Below are positions 27,609 through 32,000 of a stretch of DNA of 32,000 bases, in pieces (the stretch's first letter is position 1; every line of letters starts with the position of its first letter). A program made the position numbers and the translations under genes. Location: contig NZ_CP142525.1 of assembly GCF_051097895.1 (NCBI RefSeq), positions 390,001-422,000 of the forward strand, given 5' to 3'. The notes under the pieces are model-generated. The model was not told the DNA's origin, did not search any database, and saw only the letters and a list, made by a program, of their open reading frames with translations. This stretch comes from Psychrobacter sp. HD31. GTDB taxonomy: Bacteria > Pseudomonadota > Gammaproteobacteria > Pseudomonadales > Moraxellaceae.

Positions 27609-29072
27609 CTAAATACCTGCTTTTTTTGTTAAATACTCATCACCAACTTGAGCAAGGCGTAGGGTATTGGTTGTGCCTGCAATGCCAAATGGGACGCCGG
27701 CAGTAACCACAACCCAATCACCATTGTTACCATAACCACGGTTTTCAACGGTTTCAATCGCAGCCGTCATAATATCTTTCAGTTTTTTCTCTTCTGTCAT
27801 CTCTCGGGCATCAATACCCCAATAAAGCTGTAAACGTCTTGCCAAATTGATGTCGGGGGTCATGGCGATTAAGGGTGTTAAAACGCGCTCACGGCTAACT
27901 CGGGTAGCTGTACCGCCAGACGTTGTAAAACAAGCGATTGCACAAATCGGCATTGCATTAACAATGGCTTTAACACCATGTGAAATGGCGGTTTCTGATG
28001 TTTTATCTGGGTGGTCATCTTGCGGCGTATTCATTTTAATTTGATAGCGGTGATCTTTTTCGGATTCAATAATCATGCGGTTCATAAAAGAGACTGCCTC
28101 AATTGGATATTTACCAACGGCGGTTTCTCCTGATAGCATGACAGCATCAGCGCCACCACTAATTGCCGCATCGACATCGGTTGCTTCGGCGCGGGTAGCA
28201 ACAGGGCTTTCAATCATTGATTCTAGCATTTGTGTAGCAACAATAATGGGTTTGCCCAATTTGCGTACTTGTTGGATAACAGATTTTTGAATTGACGGTA
28301 GTTTTTCTGGAGGAAACTCAACACCCAAATCGCCTCGAGCAAGCATAATGGCATCACTTGCGTTGATGATGTTATCTAAATCATCAATGGCAGAGGGTTT
28401 TTCTATTTTTGCTAAAATAGCGGCTTTATCGCCAACAATTGTGCGTAGATATGCCATATCACTTGCTTGTTGTACAAATGATAAAGCCACATAGTCGATG
28501 TCTTGCATTAGCCCAAACTTTAAATCTTCCTCATCTTTTTTAGTTAAAACAGGCACATCTAAAATGGTGTCAGGCATATTTAAGCCTTTGTTATTAGAAA
28601 TCGCTCGCCCATAAATATGTTTGCTTTCAATACGCTTGCCATCATTTTTAATAATTTCAAAACAAGCGCGAGCATCATCAATCAGTAGCCTGTCACCAAC
28701 ATTTGCAGAACTAAACACTTCAGGGTGAGGTAAATAAACACGTGTGTTGTTGCCGAGAGACTCATCGTTATCAAATATAAAGTTTTGACCTTGTTCTAGC
28801 ATGATTTTTTCATGTTCAAACCGTCCAATTCTAAATTTAGGACCTTGTAAATCCATTAAAATGGCAATAGGGTGGTTTAACTCTTCTTCAATTTGTCGGA
28901 TGGTTTGTATGTTTTGTTGATGTACTGCGTGTGAACCGTGGCTAAAATTTAAACGAAACATATCCACGCCTGCTTCAAATAAGGCATGAACCATTTGCTT
29001 GCTGCTACTGGCAGGACCTAGTGTTGCAACAATCTTTGCAAAGCGTTTACGAGGCTTGAGTGGGGTTGGCAT
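27609..29072 (-). CDS. pyk: pyruvate kinase
   Basis: 487 aa. Motifs FRLNFSHG, IVATQMLESM and MLSGETAVGKYP. AAGGAG SD upstream. Confidence 0.95.
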   Translation of the reverse strand: MPTPLKPRKRFAKIVATLGPASSSKQMVHALFEAGVDMFRLNFSHGSHAVHQQNIQTIRQIEEELNHPIAILMDLQGPKFRIGRFEHEKIMLEQGQNFIFDNDESLGNNTRVYLPHPEVFSSANVGDRLLIDDARACFEIIKNDGKRIESKHIYGRAISNNKGLNMPDTILDVPVLTKKDEEDLKFGLMQDIDYVALSFVQQASDMAYLRTIVGDKAAILAKIEKPSAIDDLDNIINASDAIMLARGDLGVEFPPEKLPSIQKSVIQQVRKLGKPIIVATQMLESMIESPVATRAEATDVDAAISGGADAVMLSGETAVGKYPIEAVSFMNRMIIESEKDHRYQIKMNTPQDDHPDKTSETAISHGVKAIVNAMPICAIACFTTSGGTATRVSRERVLTPLIAMTPDINLARRLQLYWGIDAREMTEEKKLKDIMTAAIETVENRGYGNNGDWVVVTAGVPFGIAGTTNTLRLAQVGDEYLTKKAGI

Positions 29073-29205
29073 AAAATCTCCTTATTTTTCCTGTTATTAA
29101 AATCGTGTTTTATAACGCCTTAATTAAAGATTATACGCTGATAATATGACGATTAAATTTAACAAAAGTAGCGTTAGCCAATACGGTTTAAATAAAAAGA
29201 TTTAT

Positions 29206-30288
29206 CTAATAATGCTTTGTGTTGGCCTCTTGTTGTAACGTTATTAAGTTGTCTACACGGCGCTTAAGTACATTGCCATCGGCAACGGCTTTTTGAATGG
29301 CACAACCTTTTGTATTAGGCGTGTGTTGACAGTCTCTAAATTTGCATAGATTTGCTAATGGCGCAAGCTCAGTAAAGCCTTCAATAATATCATTAGGAGT
29401 AAGGTGCCAAATGCCGTATTCTCTTATCCCGGGTGTATCTACAATTCCGCCATGCTCTAATAGGTAATCACTATCCTTAAAGGGGAGTAAACGGCTCGTG
29501 GTGGTTGTGTGCTGTCCAAGCTGAGAGTTTTCTGAAATGACATTAACATCTTGTGAAGATTTTGGTAGTAATGCGTTAATTAAACTACTTTTACCAACAC
29601 CTGATTGCCCAGCAAATACCACTAACTTATTTTGTATTTGTTGTGTTAGGGCATCTAGCCCTTGTTCTTTAGTACATGAGGTTAACACGGTTTTATATCC
29701 TAAAGCTTGGTATTGGTTTAGGATATCTTGTGTGTGTGCTAACTCTTTATTTGTTAATAGGTCTGACTTATTAAGTACGAGTAGTGGTTGTATGTTTGCA
29801 TGATGCGCAACCACCAAATAACGATCAATTAAACTGGCTGCGGCAGCTGGTAGTGGCGCAAAAACAATTGCTAAAATATCGGTATTTGCAGCAACTGGTT
29901 TTAATTTGTGGTAGCGATCGGGACGATTAATCAATGAACTACGCTCGCCAATATATTCAATTCTACCAAGTCCAGTATTGGGGTCTGCTATCCATTTTAC
30001 TTTGTCACCTGTGGCAATCATTGCTAGGTTAGTACGCGTGTGGCAACGCCATATATCACCCAGTTGTATTGGCTGCCAAAATGGTTCTGGTTCGCCTTCT
30101 TCAATGGTAGGTTTTACTGGCATTTGTAAGGGTAAGCCGGTGACTTGTACCTCTAACTGTTTACCGTAGTGTGCTATCACAACGCCATCAAGCAGTTGCT
30201 TGCTATCACAAGTATCTGTGGTTGCATTTTGTTTTTTGATGCGACGAAGTTGTTGTTTGGTAAGATTGCGTTGTCTTATTAACGCCAT
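29206..30288 (-). CDS. rsgA: ribosome small-subunit-dependent GTPase A
   Basis: 360 aa. Circularly permuted GTPase order (NKSDL before the P-loop GQSGVGKSSLINAL) and a C-terminal zinc knuckle CKFRDCQHTPNTKGCA. It is divergent from orn, as in E. coli. Confidence 0.9.
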   Translation of the reverse strand: MALIRQRNLTKQQLRRIKKQNATTDTCDSKQLLDGVVIAHYGKQLEVQVTGLPLQMPVKPTIEEGEPEPFWQPIQLGDIWRCHTRTNLAMIATGDKVKWIADPNTGLGRIEYIGERSSLINRPDRYHKLKPVAANTDILAIVFAPLPAAAASLIDRYLVVAHHANIQPLLVLNKSDLLTNKELAHTQDILNQYQALGYKTVLTSCTKEQGLDALTQQIQNKLVVFAGQSGVGKSSLINALLPKSSQDVNVISENSQLGQHTTTTSRLLPFKDSDYLLEHGGIVDTPGIREYGIWHLTPNDIIEGFTELAPLANLCKFRDCQHTPNTKGCAIQKAVADGNVLKRRVDNLITLQQEANTKHY

Positions 30289-30436
30289 AAGGTAAAAGCC
30301 TGCATATTAATGAATGGTTTGTGCGTGTAAAAAATAACCACTAGTTTACCGTGAAAATTTGATAAGATATAGGGTTAAAGTAATTTATTTCGATTTTTAA
30401 TCGCCATCAGCTCATAGCAAAAATTTAGGAAAAACG

Positions 30437-31021
30437 ATGAACCAAAACGCTGCAAAAACAAAAATCAAGCATAAAGGTAAAAAAGGGCTGGTTTGGATAG
30501 ACCTTGAAATGACGGGATTAAACACGAATAAAGATGAGATTATTGAAATTGCGACCATAGTAACAGATGACAATTTAAATATTTTGGCAGAAGGCCCTGT
30601 AATGGCAATTAAAGTTGCAGACACCGTGCTAAATGGTATGGATGAATGGAATACTAAGCAACATGGGCAGTCTGGGCTGATTGATAGAGTACGCCGTAGT
30701 ACAGTTACTTTAGAACAGGCAGAGCAAGAGACCATTAAGTTTTTACAAAAATGGGTAGATGAAGGTAAGTCGCCTATGTGTGGTAATTCCATTTGCCAAG
30801 ATAGACGTTTTCTAGCTCGTCAAATGCCAAAATTAGAAAAATATTTCCATTATCGTAATTTGGATGTGTCTTCTGTTAAAGAGTTGGCATTCCGCTGGCG
30901 ACCTGATGTTTTATCAAGCTTTGAGAAAAAAGGCAGCCACTTAGCACTGGATGATATCCGTGATTCTATTAGAGAGTTAAAGCACTATCGAGCACACTTT
31001 TTTAATATGGGTGCCCAGTAA
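30437..31021 (+). CDS. orn: oligoribonuclease
   Basis: 194 aa. DEDDh motifs WIDLEMTGL and [22 protein letters not shown] upstream. Confidence 0.93.
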   Translation: MNQNAAKTKIKHKGKKGLVWIDLEMTGLNTNKDEIIEIATIVTDDNLNILAEGPVMAIKVADTVLNGMDEWNTKQHGQSGLIDRVRRSTVTLEQAEQETIKFLQKWVDEGKSPMCGNSICQDRRFLARQMPKLEKYFHYRNLDVSSVKELAFRWRPDVLSSFEKKGSHLALDDIRDSIRELKHYRAHFFNMGAQ

Positions 31022-31074
31022 GCGTTAATTGACAAAACATGCAATAATTAATAAACCATCAATAAGTTTGATTT

Positions 31075-31083
31075 TGATATAAT
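31075..31083 (+). promoter_or_regulatory. candidate extended -10 promoter element (TGATATAAT) upstream of the QueD-like gene
   Basis: TGnTATAAT match at 31075-31083, 58 nt before ATG 31141. There is no good -35 at 17-nt spacing. Confidence 0.3.
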
Positions 31084-31140
31084 CGAACGGTGATTTTTTT
31101 ACTTTTTTATATCCTATTAAACACATTAAAATAAATAACT

Positions 31141-31737
31141 ATGCGTATCCGTAAACTATTTAAATTTGAAAATGCCCACATTGTGCGTAACTGTAGCTCT
31201 GACCGTTGCAAACGTTCTATCCATGGGCATAGCTATCAGGTTGAGCTTATTTTAGAAGCCCACCGACTTGACCATGGGCAAATGGTATATGACTTTGGTT
31301 TATTAAAATCGTCGATTAAAGATTTAATAGACAGCTTTGATCATGCCATTTGCTTTTGGGATAAAGACGACCCAAAGTACATAAAAATGTGCAAAGAGTT
31401 TAGCGCAAGGTGGATTAGCTTGCCTGTGTCGCCATCGGCAGAGCAATTTAGCCGTATTATCTTTTTTTGGGCAGATGCCATTTTAAAGCAAACCCAAATG
31501 CAAAATGGCGAGGCAGACGTTAAGGTATATTCTGTCATTGCGCACGAGACTGCAACAGGTTATGCTCAATGTTTTGCTGATGATGTAACCAATGAGCAAA
31601 TGGGCAAATTAGCACTAGCAGATTTTACTTTTAGCGAGCAAATTAAAATCGAATGGAGCGACTCAGCCATGTACGATAAATTGATTGCTGGTGAGGCTTT
31701 CATTAATCCAGAAGTAGCGTTGCAGGTTAAAGTCTAA
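31141..31737 (+). CDS. 6-carboxytetrahydropterin synthase (QueD) / 6-pyruvoyl-tetrahydropterin synthase family protein, long form
   Basis: 198 aa. The N-terminal FKFENAHIV...CKRSIHGHSY (zinc His ligands plus Cys) and later AHETATG match the PTPS/QueD fold. It is about 75 aa longer than E. coli QueD (121 aa). No clear SD. Confidence 0.7.
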   Translation: MRIRKLFKFENAHIVRNCSSDRCKRSIHGHSYQVELILEAHRLDHGQMVYDFGLLKSSIKDLIDSFDHAICFWDKDDPKYIKMCKEFSARWISLPVSPSAEQFSRIIFFWADAILKQTQMQNGEADVKVYSVIAHETATGYAQCFADDVTNEQMGKLALADFTFSEQIKIEWSDSAMYDKLIAGEAFINPEVALQVKV

Positions 31738-32000
31738 TGAGTAAGGTTAGCATTGTATTAACCAGTGAAGAAGATACCCAAAAACTAGGCGAGCAATTAG
31801 CTAAGCTAAACATTAGCGGCTGTGTATTTTTATCGGGTGACTTAGGGGCAGGTAAAACTACATTAACCCGCTATTGGCTCAGAGCTCTAGGGCATAGTGG
31901 CGCTGTAAAAAGCCCAACTTATACGTTGGTAGAGCCGTATTCTATTGTAGAAGATAATAACCAAAATAAGCCTGTTTACCATGCCGATTTTTATCGTTTG
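31737..32000 (+). CDS. tsaE: tRNA t6A37 biosynthesis ATPase TsaE (YjeE), N-terminal 88 codons (3' end outside window)
   Basis: Not in the ORF track because no stop falls inside the window. My translation from ATG 31737 (overlapping the previous TAA as TAATG) reads MSKVSIVLTSEEDTQKLGEQLAKL...GDLGAGKTTLTRYWLRALG...VKSPTYTLVEPY...YHADFYRL, which carries the TsaE Walker A, SPTxxL and HxDxYRL motifs. Confidence 0.85.
   Translation, partial: MSKVSIVLTSEEDTQKLGEQLAKLNISGCVFLSGDLGAGKTTLTRYWLRALGHSGAVKSPTYTLVEPYSIVEDNNQNKPVYHADFYRL

Noticed and set aside
31022-31140. I looked for a preQ1 riboswitch or other leader structure upstream of the QueD-like gene.
   Set aside because: The leader is AT-rich and lacks the conserved preQ1-I stem and the CCC...AAAAAACTA-type core. 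No convincing pairing was found.

Overview
This window looks like an ordinary chromosomal core segment from a moderately AT-rich gammaproteobacterium. Gene content and local synteny suggest a Moraxellaceae/Pseudomonadales-type organism, but that is inference only because no search was possible.

Genes in order:
- Leucine/isovalerate catabolism: a 5'-truncated acyl-CoA synthetase, then liuB-liuC-liuD-liuE, a ~1.9-kb interruption, then liuA/ivd.
- apbC(mrp), a translationally coupled conserved hypothetical, dcd, and a small PHA-system-like protein.
- Minus-strand rplM-rpsI-sspA-sspB.
- Minus-strand mrdA (PBP2) and rsmD.
- A DUF445-like membrane protein, DUF1272, and a GNAT acetyltransferase.
- ccmF-ccmG-(DUF4926)-ccmH-ccmI, then adk.
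- Minus-strand rhodanese(yibN-like)-grxC-secB, pyruvate kinase, and rsgA.
- orn, a long QueD/PTPS-family protein, and the 5' part of tsaE, which runs off the window and is not in the ORF track.

I saw no rRNA, tRNA, CRISPR array, transposase, integrase or clear mobile-element boundary. Several Rho-independent terminators and one near-consensus sigma70 promoter (rplM) can be read directly from the sequence.

I do not see a convincing multi-gene novel system. The most accessory-looking element is a ~29% GC orphan ORF (6884-7525). It starts one codon after liuE, in the liuE frame, and is followed by an NlpE-N-like lipoprotein; together they split the liu cluster.

Secondary oddities:
- a DUF4926 mini-gene inside the ccm operon
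- a 124-aa charged tail on PBP2
- repeat and hairpin motifs upstream of liuA
- an apbC-coupled unknown gene
- a QueD-like gene that overlaps tsaE

All family names come from motif recognition by eye and need HMM or BLAST confirmation.
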